From positions 50,530,001-50,594,000 of the forward strand of contig CM060734.1 in assembly GCA_030704615.1 (NCBI GenBank): a stretch of 64,000 bases of DNA. The letters are read 5' to 3'. How positions within the stretch are numbered: position 1 is the first letter of the stretch; every line of letters starts with the position of its first letter. A program made the translations under genes and the position numbers. Source of the DNA: Takakia lepidozioides. Its lineage: Eukaryota; Plantae; Bryophyta. The notes beneath the pieces are model-generated. The model ran no database searches, was not told the origin of the DNA, and worked only from the letters and a program-made list of their open reading frames with translations. Positions 11,956 to 24,879 of this stretch are shown here, piece after piece.

Positions 11956-12784
11956 ACACTGCGGGTCCGAAAATATGAGACCAAGCCGGTGCACCGCTCC
12001 TCATCAAGGGCTTTCCAACGTGGCACCAAGCTCTATAGGGGACTCATTCAATTCCTAGCTACTAAGTACAATGGCCTTTACTCCAGGCTGCCAACCCTTC
12101 ATCCCCAATCCTGCCGCCATTCTCCCACCGCTAGAACTCTATATTATACATCTTACGCCAAATGAACATTAGAATACAAACCGATCTCCCTGGCTATCCT
12201 AACACCATCTCACCCCTTGAAGTCGTCTGGCTTAACAGTCCATCTCTCCCTGAATTTGAGGAACTTCACCCCTGCCAAAAAACGCTCATACTTGCTTACT
12301 TTAAAATCAGACACATCACGACACTTACCCAACTCACCACAGCCTTTGGCTATAGACTACTCTCACCCCGAGAGTTCACTCTCAAATACTCCAGAGCCAC
12401 TGTCAAAACATGTCAATACATGTCCCTGCTTCGAACCCTTTTCTGCCACAAGACTCCCTCATGTTCTCTTGAGTGCGACCTACCATGCAAACTCTTTCCC
12501 CATAACAAACTAGACCTTCTTCCTCAATATAAAACACACCCAGCCCCATCTATTCTAAGTATGATGGCAGCACATAAAGCTCACCCTGACCCTTCAAATT
12601 CTAACACCCCTCCCATGTCGCCTTGCCACTCTATGTCCCCCTCCCAAATGACCAATTCAAACTTGACCATCCCTCTGGCTCAACCACCCCCCACACCCCC
12701 ATCCAAACCTCCTCTACCCCGCTTACCCCGACCAGCCCGCCCTCGCCGGCCTCAACCCCGAGATATATTAACCCAGACAATCCG

Positions 12785-12932
12785 GAAGCCTTCATTATCG
12801 AAGCTATTCTAGGGATCAGAACTCAGATCACCACCGACAAATTTGGCGCCACATGCCTAGACACTTTCTACTTATGCAAATGGGTTGGGTACCCATCGGA
12901 AGATAATACCTAGCAAGCAGAGGACGACCTAT
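12785..12932 (+). pseudogene. Chromodomain within the LINE ORF (TAG at the conserved W)
   Basis: FIIEAILGIR...FYLCKWVGYPSEDNT*QAEDDL. Confidence 0.75.
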
Positions 12933-13380
12933 TTGGGTCCCATGAGGACTGTGACTCGGTCCACAACCTTAACATCCTCACCGCATTTCTTAAGTCCACT
13001 AATACCAACTACCTAGCCCATACCCACCAACAACACACTTCCCAAACCCAATCGATGGACGCCCGGTACGTCCATAACCCCCTAGTTGCCCCCGAGGTAC
13101 ATGTCTGCATCACAGAATGCAATCCTGACAAAGACATTCTACACACCTCCCCTATAATACGCTCCGGCAAGCACCTGTCCAAGTTATATGCCTCACATGG
13201 CTGCTTCATTGGTCTCATTCCTAATGACAGACTCACCTGGCTATGGCACAGATTCTCAAATTCAAACCCGCCACCTAGCCTACTCACGCCCGCTAAACAA
13301 GACTTCGCTACTAAAGTCTGCTGGCTCATGGATCGCTACTTGACTGATACCCCCTCCAAAAACCTCGCTCCCTCCTCAAG

Positions 13381-13700
13381 CTAAGACAAGCCCAATCCCA
13401 TATTACCCTTCCACCGGACATACTAGCACTCCTTATAAACTCCTTCCAAATTACACACTCTTATAACTCAAGCCTACTTACATGCCCTATGGTGCTTTCG
13501 TCATACTCAAGCCCACACCCCCGAGCCTGCATATTTGGAGCCTTAGGCTCTGCCTATCAATATACGTGGACGGGCCGCGGCTTTGCACAACCGTCCCAAG
13601 GATCCCACATGCATGACGTTTTACAATGGGCTCGCCACGCAGTCCAAACATCCCCCTCTACCGCCACCATCCTCCTTCTGACTCACCAACAATTGCCAAA
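13381..13700 (+). pseudogene. PCIF1/Dam-like N6-adenine methyltransferase-like domain within the LINE ORF
   Basis: ITLPPDILALLINSFQITHSYNSSLLTCP..SYSSPHPRACIFGALGSAY..TWTGRGFAQP follows the LP..F..FASPL..Y.S...FG..G....NPP spacing. Confidence 0.5.
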
Positions 13701-14109
13701 TGGCCCGCACCCTCTCTCCCAGCTACCCCATGAGGTTACGCCTCTAGTCGCTATCGACCCTGGCATCCAATACTCTCGCACCCCGCCCCTCCCCAAGTAC
13801 CTTAAACAGCAAGAACCCACCTTAACCAGGCCTTAACCCTCATACTGCTTGTCAATCGCACGACCACAACTACCCCCATACCCGCCGACTTCCCATCTCG
13901 CATCACTGCCTTCTAACAAACACACATAGCATGAAGGTCACCACATTCCCTATTCCCCCTCCCTAACGTCCGTTACCCCCCGCCTTTACCCTAAAATAAA
14001 TTCATCCAAAACATGGTCTCGAATGCTCACCCATCCACCCATCCCCCCTACCACACCTATCCACACCGAACCTCCGCTATTCCGGACGGATCTCCTTCTC
14101 AAATACCCG

Positions 14110-14510
14110 TCTGCCCACTCCCACTACACCGACGGATCCCTCATTGCTGGTCCTAGGGCTGGGTATGGTTTCTATCACACCGCTACCAACCAAGGCATTT
14201 CCCTACGTCTCCCTAGCCCGGCCACCATCCTTCGTGCCGAGTTCATGGCCATACATGTTGCCCTCACCCAGCTCTCATCATTCCCCCCACCCCATTATAT
14301 TTTTACTGATAGTCTCACATCACTCTTTCTCATCCGCAATCACCGCCATCGACCCTCTTCTCACCACTACCACTCTGACCGGAACCTAATCATAGTTCAA
14401 ATTGCTATCTCTATAAACCAGCCCATCCACTTTCTTAAAGTTCGCTCCCACACTGGCATCACTGGCAACGAAATGGCTAACTTCTTTGCCCAACAAGGTG
14501 CCACCCAATC
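14110..14510 (+). CDS. RNase H domain of the LINE
   Basis: YTDGS, RAEFMAI, IFTDS, KVRSHTGITGNEMAN. Confidence 0.9.
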
Positions 14511-15599
14511 CGAGGTGGACCCTACGTCGGATCCCATCCATGTGGCCCATACCTACCCCTTTTGGTTCATCCACCTCGTTCCAGGCCCCACGGAGCCTCG
14601 CCCTATCCGCAATCTCTCTACCACCCTTACTCGAGTAGGCAGCAAACAAGCCTCCTCCTCTGCAAGCCACACTAAGCTACATGTCCAGAAATGGACACAA
14701 TCTGATGTGCTACACCATAAGCTGTCTTATCACTTCTGGCACACTTTAATCTCGCCACCGATGCCCAAATAAAACAGAGCCTCAAATTCAGATATGCACA
14801 ATACATGGGCCACCAATGTAAACATATCTTTTGGCCTCACCTCTTCCTTACCCAAATTGTCCACTCTATGCTTGCACCCACTTTGCCCGTGACACTTGGC
14901 CCCACCTACTCAGCCAATGCACACATCCCATCATCCATGGCCTCCGTGTCACTCGACATAACCATGTTGTTTGGCACATCCATAAGCTACTCCTACGTCA
15001 ACCTGCAACACGTTGGTTTTCATTCATCAATGCGAGGACATATCAAGGTAGGCCCCCTGACCACACTGTACCCTTATGGCTTCTGCCCTGTTCATGCCGG
15101 CCACCCTCACCCTGCACATGTCCTACCAGACTCTGTCATGACATACTTCTAGTCCACATATTGCCTATGAATGCGCCTCCGCCAAGCATCCCATCCCCAA
15201 ACCTCACCATACACTTTATTGAATTCACATATTGTAATGATCGCTACCCCAGCTCCACCACATTGGAAAAACGTCAAAAATACGCTCCGTTCGTCCTATC
15301 CGTTTGCCATCCTGGCTGGTCCACATGGGGTCCACATGCCCCCTCACGATCATTACTACCGGCACCAGAGGCGGCATCCACAATGCTAGTATCTATGCCC
15401 TTCACACTAACTTCAAAATTCCTATCTCCCCTATACACAAATGCTTCAAGGCTATCCACCTAACTGTGATTCCCTCCCTCACTGCTATTATTACCAACAA
15501 AAGGCATCTTGAATCCCATATCTCTTCAGGCTCTTGAAACTCCGTATACCCTAGGGGTACCCCCTGGGATACCTTTCCGAGCACCAGTCCCCTGAGTTA

Positions 15600-15712
15600 C
15601 GGGGTGCCCTCCGGGCGCCCAATAGTTTTTATATAGGGCCCACCCCCGAAAGGGGGCAGTAGCCGCAAGGCGAAGTGGCTCTTAGTTACGCCGGCCTCGG
15701 CCGGAGTCATCT
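15600..15712 (+). ncRNA. Structured RNA element in the LINE 3' UTR
   Basis: ccccGAAAgggg, cAGTAgccGCAAggcGAAg and ccggcCTCGgccgg hairpins; diverged copy at 32160-32232. Confidence 0.55.
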
Positions 15713-15779
15713 CTCTATAAACTACTTATAATGTTGATAATCACCATCATAATATGTGATTATCTGATATGTGGCTCTT

Positions 15780-16020
15780 TATTGAAGTTGTTCACTATAT
15801 GGGTAGTGAAACATTTTACAATCCATAACCCATCTATCTAGAGTTGGTGGGCTCCACCACAGTAAAATATTTTCACTGACATATTCGACTGTCCTTCCTA
15901 CTTCACTACATGCCTGAATCGACTCACCCTTTGTCACAATCTGGTTTTTTGGTAAAAATGGTACTTTCAACTATTTTGACAGTGAAACAGACAGTCAAAA
16001 ATCCCGCATTTTGTTGTAGT
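15780..16020. mobile_element. Possible CACTA-type terminus with subterminal repeats
   Basis: Ends TTTTGTTGTAGT (reverse complement ACTACAACAAAA); repeated gtgaaa/gacagt motifs; partner end not found. Confidence 0.3.
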
Positions 16021-16023
16021 AAC

Positions 16024-17200
16024 TGTCAAGTTATTTTATCACTAGTGTGAAGTTAGCTAGGAAATAGCTAGCTTTTATATATTGATATTTGGGATTGACC
16101 CAAGTGTCAATCTAGGGGCCAATACATGTTTGGGCACCTTGCGTTGTTATTTTCACGGCAGATCGCGGTGGGCTCATCTTTCTCGAGTTGAGCCTCACCG
16201 CGTCTAGCTATGGCGCCGTAGTGTGGATTCCCCATGGCGTGGGGTGCACTTGGCTCGACTTAATATATGGGTAATGTTTTCATGTGCAAGTATGTGAGTT
16301 TGAGAGAGCTTGTGTGCTTGTATCATTCAATTTCTTATCACTCGAGAAAGATGAGCTCGAGTCTGTGAGTACCAGGTTCGAGTTAGTTGTAGCACTTGTG
16401 TTTTCAGATCATGAGAAACGGTTCAGCCTAGAGTGCAGGGATCCGTGCATAAGCCTATCCAAAGCGGATAGAGTGCAAAGGTGAACAGGTTGCAGGTTTG
16501 CAATGGATAGAAAGGCGATCAATGTTGCATAGCTCAACGCTATGGCAACTGAGTATGCGGTTCTAGTGTGAAGCGGATGAGATGCTGGCCACGAGTGGGC
16601 GAACTGGTGGTCGTCTTCTTCAGTTGCAGGCCGAGTTGAGGAGCTGCAGAAATGTGGGCTGCGCATGGGAAACTAGCATGTTGCAGGTTGGAGATGATAT
16701 GATCAGCTCCAGGTATTTCTACCCGAAACTAGTTGTTGCGGGTAGATGAGGAGCAGCCGAATGGTGGAGCTGCGAGGGAATGCATCGCAGCCTGTTGGGA
16801 GCTTCAGCTCCAAACTCATGAAGAGGTACGAGTGAAGAGAGGGGGCAGATCCCTCTTGTGTGCAAATTAGTGCACTTGTGAAACATGTGCTGAGTTGGAG
16901 TTTCAATCTGAAACTCAGCAGTGCAAGGGCTCTTAGAGTGGCAAGAGCGGGGGCTGGAAGGGCAGCAACAAGGCGTCCTAGAGCCAGGGAATGTGCAGTA
17001 GAACTGCACGTATATCAAGGTTGTAAAGGTGTGTATTTTCAGATTTGTTTTGTGAGCTTCATGAAGAAAATGGAGCTTGTTGGGCAGCATATAGCTTGCT
17101 TGTTGAGTTGGGGGCGCTTCTAGTGGGCCGTGAGAGCTCAGGAGTGCAGGGCAACGGGGCTGATGGCTCCGCAGAAGCCATAGCTTGTCGGCAGCAGGTG
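16024..17200 (+). mobile_element. Related Gypsy relic: B-type LTR (16024-16340), PBS (16341-16356), decayed gag-like region; 3' extent uncertain
   Basis: Starts TGTCAAGTT, ends TTATCA; shares ctcatct.tctcgagttgagcct, ccccat..c.tggggtgc.c.tggctcgactt with the reverse complement of block B. Confidence 0.8.
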
Positions 17201-18949
17201 CAGGAGCAAACCCCAGCTTGGGGAGAGCTCAGGAACGAGTGGGAATGGCCCGGAAATGCCTCGGGAACGTATGGGAACTTGTTGGGAGTTCCAGGGAACG
17301 TAGGGAATAGTGGCCGTGATGGGCCGTTGGGGCGGTATCACGAGATACCACGAGCCCAGGCCGTGACTGTTGACCGTGACCGTTGATTGTGACCGTTGGA
17401 AGCCGTGGTGTGGACACAACGGGTGGGCACGGTGACCAGATCGTGGGGATGGCGGGCCGTGAAGGCTTGTGGGAGTGGTACCACGGGGTATCAAGGGGCA
17501 GCCTGTGGCCAACGAGCGCCTAGGGCGGGCCATGAGGAGTTGTGGCAGTTGGAGCCACGGAAGGCCGCGAACAGGCAGAGTGAAAAAATTATTATTAAAA
17601 TAAAATTTAAAAAAAAAAGAAAAAAAAGAAAAAAAAGAAAAAACTTTTTCACTCGTTTCGTGGGACCTTGATGGGGAGGCTAGGCTCTGTAGAACAACGG
17701 TTTTGAGCTAGCTGATCCGGCAGAAAAGTCGGAATTGCCTCCTTGCTGCGTTTTAACAAAGGGGATTACTCCCCTGCAGGTAATCTTTTCGGGTTTTCAG
17801 TCCAATTCTTAACTATGGGGGAGACCAGCCTGCAGGTAATTCTTTTGGACAGAATGTTGTTGGGGCCTATATGTACCTCTATTTGCTCCATTTTTGAACC
17901 TTCAGCGAATGGTGTGGTTTCCTGATGTGATTCCATTATGAGGAATGACTGGTGGACATAAGGAGGCACTAGCGGACCCTGTGGAGGCTTGCATGGGGCC
18001 TTGGAGGCCAAGTTCATGAGCTCGTGGAGGGCGGTTTGAGGAGTGTCTATAGGATGCTCTCATGGTCATGCAAGTGAGAGAATAGAGGAAAAAAGAGGGT
18101 GTTGGGATGAGAGCATGCTGGGGATATGCATTGTTTTAGCTTCCCTTCCTCGTAGCTTTCCACTTTCTGTGTAGGCCGAGACTTTTCCGTAGGTGGAGGC
18201 AAGAGTCAGTCCGGGTTTGGGCTGGGGTGTCCTTGTAGGAGCGACACTGTGGAGTTGTGTTTTGGTGTGGGGGAGTTGTTGTTTTCATTCTTGTGTTTGG
18301 ATCCCCTCCACACCTGCATGCTTGATTGTGCGCCATGCTAGTTTTGTGTGGGCGCTTGATTTTATAGATGGTTGACTCGGGCTTGATCGCCGATCCAACC
18401 CTAGAGCATGCTGTCGATGGTGAGGCTGGGTTGATGACCAGTCAGACCATCTTTGTTTCTCCTGTGGTGAGGTTGGAGGTGATGACCAGCCAACCATAGG
18501 AGTGCCTGCGATGGATGCAGGTGCAGGTGCAGGTTATGTTAGGAACCTAATATTCCAAACCATAAGCCGCATCAGGTTCTCTACCCGGATACCTTGTGGA
18601 GAGGGGGTTAGAGACAAGTTTATGACCAGTTGAGTATCAGTTTGTCAACACGGAGGTGCCACTAGTTGCTGGGGAAAGTGCCGGTACGATCAGTAGCGAT
18701 ACTAGCGGGTATACGAGACGAGGTGTGCAGTTTAGGCCACATTCACCTCCTATGTCATCTACGGAAGGTTCTGATTCGGATTGTGAATCAGGAGGACTCA
18801 CACCGGCGGTGCAAGTTGTTTCCTTGCCATTGTTGTGGGACACAATGGAGGAGATGTATGGAGCCACCAAGGGGCCACGAAGGTGTGAGTCCTCATTTGG
18901 GGTTCTTGGATTGTCGCTTGAAGAACCTCTTCCATTTCCTTTCCTTCCT

Positions 18950-19390
18950 CACATTTCCATGCAATGCCTCGTGCAGAAAATGTCCTTGGAGGACTTGGCC
19001 GACATGCCATCCTGTAATTTGGCGGAGACTGTTCATAACGCCTGGATGCAGCAATCTACCAAAGCAGGTCGTGACTTGTATGTGGCCACTGCTGATGACA
19101 TGGTGCGGGCACTCACACAACAAACCAGGTACCGCAATTTTCTGATGGGACGGGGTGGAGGCAAGGGCCCCGGTTCGACTTTGTTGATGCTAAGGGCTGC
19201 GAGTAGGTCTGGAGACCCATCCAAGATGGCCAGAGCTCTGAACAGGTGCACTAAAAACTCCCCTTTGCAATCCAGGCTTCCTCATTTGGAAGACGAGGAA
19301 AGATCATGCAAAAGGAAATTGAACACTCTTCCAGGTTCAGATGGAAATTCCCATCGCCCAGACAGGGTCAATTTCTCTGTGCCAAAGTAG
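18950..19390 (+). pseudogene. Transposase-like C-terminal fragment (Mutator-like)
   Basis: CNLAETVHNAWMQQS resembles the N..E..H motif around the catalytic Glu of MULE DDE domains. Confidence 0.4.
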
Positions 19391-19500
19391 GCAGTTTTTG
19401 TTCAGGATGCCAACTGCTCTCACCACTCAGTGTTTGTTCTTGTGGGGATTACTGATAAGACAAACCCTGCACATGAGAGAAAGAGTTTTGCATAAAGTAG
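19391..19500 (+). pseudogene. Displaced DYW-domain tail plus 3' flank
   Basis: DAN..HH..CSCGDY-like sequence, homologous to 63310-63400 (minus) and 24880-25055 (minus). Confidence 0.7.
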
Positions 19501-22500
19501 AAAGTTGGAAAATCTCATTGCAACGAAGTTTGAAAATTTTCGGCAACATGGAAAGCTGCTGCAAACTGTAAATTTGCCTTGACTAGAAGAGATGGAAATA
19601 AAAGATGCCAGCCAGAAGCTAAGCGGAGTAAAGAGCCTCTTCCTGGACCACTGAACTTCAACTGTCCCCAAGACGAATGATCATCCATACATCAAGCACG
19701 CCTGGAGGGATTGGCATTGTCAGTTGAATGTGTAGTCTGAGTGAGTCATAGAAAAACAATTTTCAAAATGTGTCGGAGGACCTACGGCGATGTTACTGAT
19801 CAACCAAGCATTGGGCAAGAAGGAGACCTAGGCATGTGTCTGGAGATGATGGGAAGCTGTCTGAACATACAATTTGCTAGGGCATCAGCAAGAGAACAGC
19901 CTTGTGGACGCACACAGTTGCAAGTATGGCTCAAGCTCATAATTTTTCGAGAGCCGGTTTAGAAACAACAACCCGATATTACAATGGTCCTTGTGCCCGA
20001 ATGTTAATCTGGTGCTACATTATGGTCTACCATTGACATCATACTACTAGGGTTTTCCTGATAAAAATTGTGTCCGTCAGCAGAGAAACAGCTGAAGCAT
20101 TGTAGCCATTGACCCTTCGCTCAGTTTAAGCGGAACACAAAGGGACAGAAACTACCTTTGTCAGGGGCTGATGCTGGTAGTATGACTTACCTTGGAACAG
20201 ACAATTGATCCAAGTTTTCCCTTCACACAAGCATCAATCTGCTGTGTGTGGTTTGCCCAATAACTAGGCCCCAAAAGGACCTGGGCTTTTGGCTCAGCCT
20301 CGAGACTTTCAAGTTGCTAAACAGAGGTTTAACACAATTCCCTTCATGGATTTGGATTTGAAGAGGGTGTCTCTCTCGTGCGAGTACCCAGGACAATGAA
20401 TCAGAAAATGAATGTTGTCTTCAGGTTGCCCACACAACGGGCAATTGCAATCCCTCGTTCCTCACTGCATCTGTTTGCTGTTCAAAGGTAGGCTTCCTGC
20501 CCTGAGTTTAAAGTTCAGTCTAGTGCCGAGGGTGGGGAAACCCTTGAGGTCATCCATGATGGCCTCTCCCATGTCACAGACTGGAAACAAGTTCAGGGAG
20601 TTTTCTGCCTAACTTCATTTTCATCAGACAATTTCCTGGCAACAGACATGGCTTTGGAAAGTTCAGTCTCCAAGTCAGATTCATTTAGCAGGGTCATGGC
20701 TTGTGGACTTAGATTCAGATCCTTGAAAATCTCTTCAGGTGGGTCATGGCTTCTAGACTTAGTCTCAAATCCTTGAAAGGACTTAGATTCAGATCCTTGA
20801 ATATCTCTCTACCAGCAGATGTTGCTGCTAAGATTAGAACGGCCATGCATTAAATGCTGCTCAAAAGAGGAGGAACCGAGATCTGCTCTGAGTTATCCAC
20901 AGCATACAACTTGAGGACTACCTTAAGAGCCATACAAAGACACTGAATGCTGCAGCCCTCCTTGGTTGGGTCTGAGGCTCTGGGTGAGTGAGAGCATCAG
21001 AGGATACTTGGGGAAATGGACGCACTTCACAAAATTTTCAAATTTTCAAATGCCAAATGTCTAAAAGCAAAGCAGGAGTGTAAGAAAGATTGAAGACGCG
21101 GTCTCACACAGAGGTATAGAACACAGTGCACCAACACTAGAGGGAGACACCTGCCAGGCCAAATAACAGTGAGAATGGGAAAGAGTACCATGTGTTCAGA
21201 GGCACTAGCTTTTTCACCCTGTGCACCCGGCGTTGGCCCGCATTGCAGCCAAATTGTAACAGATCCACATTAGAGAAGCCAGCCAAGCCAAAATACGGGT
21301 CAAAAGGGACTGACCTATTGTAGAGACAACAGGGAAGGGCGAGGGTAAACAGAAAAAAAATCTTCGGCCATCCAGGCAAAAACTTAAACCACGGGCTTTA
21401 CTGAGCGACCAATTCAAAGTCTCTGCAAGCTCCTTTTACTTGTAGGCCTTAAGACAACCAATACTTTGTCCACCAAGGCTTAGGGAAGGAAAGAGATTAC
21501 TCATCAGATACAGGCCCCAGACCCATAGAGGGGCGAGATAGTATCTAATTATTAGACTTTCAAAGTTGGGTATGGCAACCCTTGAAACAATGCCATTGTC
21601 CTCTCTTTGCAGCTCTGGCTGATGTTGGCTACCACAGCCTAGCTGTATTGAGGACCTCAAAGATCCTGGTACATTTTGGGCAATGAACTAGTTTGACATC
21701 TCATTCTGAATCAGGCTAGAAGGTTGCAGCTTTTGTGAGAAACACCTAGCTATCAACCTTCATATTCTTTAAGCTTGAAGGTGTGGGAAGGTTCTTAGGA
21801 ACAAAAGTCCCTGGTATAAGTGCCATTGGCCTGTATCTCTAGCTTTCTTCTAGTAAAGGGGTTCTTCTCACCTCTCATGGTCAGTGAGAACTTTTCAAAG
21901 TGCATAAATACTGAGATGTGACATGTCATTTCCTCATCTAGGAGCATTCAGCTTCATCCGAGGGTCTATTTTCGCTGAGAACTTTGAAGTTGGAAAAATG
22001 CAGAGACATCTTGAAAGTTGGATACGTAGATTTCTGTTGTCAGTACAAGCATTCAAGCTTGAATGAAGCAAATGAACCTTGAATGAATTTAATGTTGAAT
22101 CTCTTCATGTGAATTCAAGTTTCTTTCATGTATGTCTACTTTCATACTCTTCAAGTTGGCTCTGATTTCCATCCAAACCAGTTATCCGCATGGCAGGAGA
22201 ACTACACTCTGGTGGGTTGCGTTAGCCACCATAAGTCTGACATCTGATCTCAGACAGGCGACCCTGTGTTGGCACTGTGGCCCCTGGCCAGAGCTTGGCT
22301 ATACCCTCATCTAAGGGATCACTACATCTTCTCTTTAGATAGCTCAGCATGTACCAAGAACATGATAATGCCAAACACCGAACAGGACAAGATTTCGGTC
22401 ATTTCAAGCATATAAGAGCATGACAACTATGCAAGTTTTCCAGTACACAGAGGGTAAATTGACAAAGGTGCTGGTGCTGCAAACCTTTACAGAATCAAAG

Positions 22501-24879
22501 AACATAGTCTCGCATGGAATTGAAGCTCAACCTGCGGTAACTGGGAAGGCAAGGTTGGTGACCAGCAACTCTACGCTGATTCTTCCATGGCATGTAAAAG
22601 TGATAAAAACCCAACTGGTGAAGACAATTGTATCATGTCTATTGTCCTTCACCTCTATCTGTCCTGGTGGAAGCCAATGGCATATGCAATCAAGACTTTG
22701 GTTGTGACTGTAAAGTACACAAAATTCATACTGAAGGGTCAGTTCAGCTCTCCAGCACTATTCAGGCAGCAAATACAATGTGGAGGGACTGCCAGAAAAT
22801 CTGGAGTTCTCAGTTTAGGGTCCAGTCCTGACCTCAAAACTGACTGTGATTTAGGACAACTCAGACCAGAAATACAGGCTTCATATGAACTTGCATCTGA
22901 GGAAGATTATACGTGAGCCTGGGACTGAAACTAAATCTTCAAATGAGAAGCGTTTGGCCGGACACATGAGGAACCAAAGCTCCCCCTGGCTCGAAGGTGT
23001 GCCGAGTTGTTGGGGACTGGAGATCACAATTGATGCAAAATACCCTTGGAGTACGAACCCTGCTGATCCCATCTTGGGGTTTCAGACCAACAAGCAGCTA
23101 TTGAGATGTCCTCATTGACCACTCCTTGTCAGCCTTCCTTACGCATAGCTGGAATACTAACCTCCCAGAGTCACCTATGGTGTTTTCACCCACCCAGGCT
23201 CTCCACAGAATTGAGTTTCTGCGTTGGAGTTCGTAGTTTTCACCAGTGTTACTCTCTGGTGCCCTAAGTCATGAGGATCCCTATGGCACAATTGCAACTA
23301 CAAACAGTATCACAGCTATTACCCACTGAATAGTGAGTGCCTGTTTTTTGGAGGTTTGCAAAGCATCATGGTAGCTATTCAGGCCGGAAATCTGTTGCTG
23401 TGAATCTTACTTGTGCAAGTAGACTGCTCCCCAGTCTACTGATTTTGCTGTTCAATACTCCAGACTCGGTGTTTTAGGGGGTATCTTTTTTCCTTTTTTG
23501 GTTTTCAAAACAGGCAATATTTGGTTTGACCAAGCAATTTCAGTGGTGGGTTTGATCTTAAAAGCCTGTTTTTCTAGCCATCATAAATCTGTGATACAAA
23601 AGTCAGGTTTTCCATGATTAGATATAGGGTGCTTTGGTGTTTTTAGGGGAGTTGAAATGGCCTCCATAGCTTGGAACTTCAAATTCGCAGCATGCCTCAT
23701 TTCTGAAAGTCCAATCTTGCCTTTGGTGACATCCAATGGGTTAACTGAGGCTACTCACTAAGTCAGATTTATGCAGCAGGGTCAAGGCTTCCAGACACTT
23801 GCTAACAATTTCCGTCTTGTACAGACGTTGAAGGGCCATCCAGAATCTCTTGTCATTACTCACGTACACAAGTTGTACAAGACATTGTAAGAAATAACTT
23901 GGAGAGGTACTCCCTGATGTTCCTGACCACTCTTGCTATCGTTTGAATTTTTTGACTTCTTGAATGTCCAGACTTAGCTCACTTTCAACAGTGGGCCTGC
24001 ATGAATTGATGCCTTGACAGTTCCCAACTCTTCTCTGTCACCTTTCTACTATGTCTTGTTGAAATTAGTGCCTAGAGTGAAGATGTTGCCAACGAAGGGG
24101 ATCATTTGAGTCCTCCAGATAAGATTGTATCCAGTTTCTCTGCCATGGTTGTATCACTTGTCCACCTGACCTTCTGAACAGTTATATTATTGGTGGCCGG
24201 GTCGCAGAATCTACACAGATAAAACAATTCCATGTCAAAAGGAATTTCCTGTTTCTGTTCCTTGGACATTGAATTGTTCGTATGTACATTTGTATTTTCA
24301 TACGTACATGGAACAATAATGCTGAGTATGAGGAAATATTATTATTCGTGGGCACTTGTAAATTTCCGCACCTAACGGAATTTGGGAACCACAAGTGTGT
24401 CTTGTTCACCTTCAGAGTGAAAGTGGCAGACAATCAATTTCTCCTTGAGTTCTTCCAGAAGGGCGAATCACGGTTAGAGAGGTGGTAGGCAGCTTGTTCC
24501 CAGCATAGAACAACTTGGCTAAGGGTATCCTGCAATCCGGCCACCAAAAATGAACTGGGAATCACTTCAGATCATCTCAAAGCAATCTTCAGGACCTAAA
24601 TTTGGACCTCAACATTACCACAATTTCACCTATGTACTTACCGTGGCCACATTGATACCTCCCCCTGCAACTTTGACAGTCTCGAGGCTGAGCCAATAGA
24701 CCAGGCCCTTTTGGGGCCTAGTTATTGGGCAAACCACACACAACAGATTGATGCTTGTGTGAAGGGATTTCTAGAGGATATCTGGAAAACTCGGATGAAT
24801 TGTCTGTTCCAAGGTAAGTCATACTACCCGCGGCGTCAGCCCCTGACAAAGGTAGTTTCTGTCCTTTTTTGTTTGAGAT

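Larger units (their letters stand above)
12070..15718 (+). mobile_element. 5'-truncated, decayed non-LTR retrotransposon, Dualen/RandI-like (chromodomain, MTase-like, RNase H, CCHC, RLE)
   Basis: RNase H YTDGS..RAE..TDS..KVRSHTGITGNE; CPL..DTWPHLLSQC knuckle; RHN; HDIL..FIEFTYC..EKRQKY endonuclease; frameshifts; 5' boundary approximate. Confidence 0.8.

Noticed and set aside
15637-15712. Assignment to hammerhead, HDV, twister or hairpin ribozyme classes
   Set aside because: No CUGANGA/GAAA core or class-defining pseudoknot could be built by eye
20600-24180. Possible decayed NLR-like gene on the minus strand (P-loop-like near 23180, Leu-rich near 21500)
   Set aside because: Motifs too degenerate and riddled with stops to support a call
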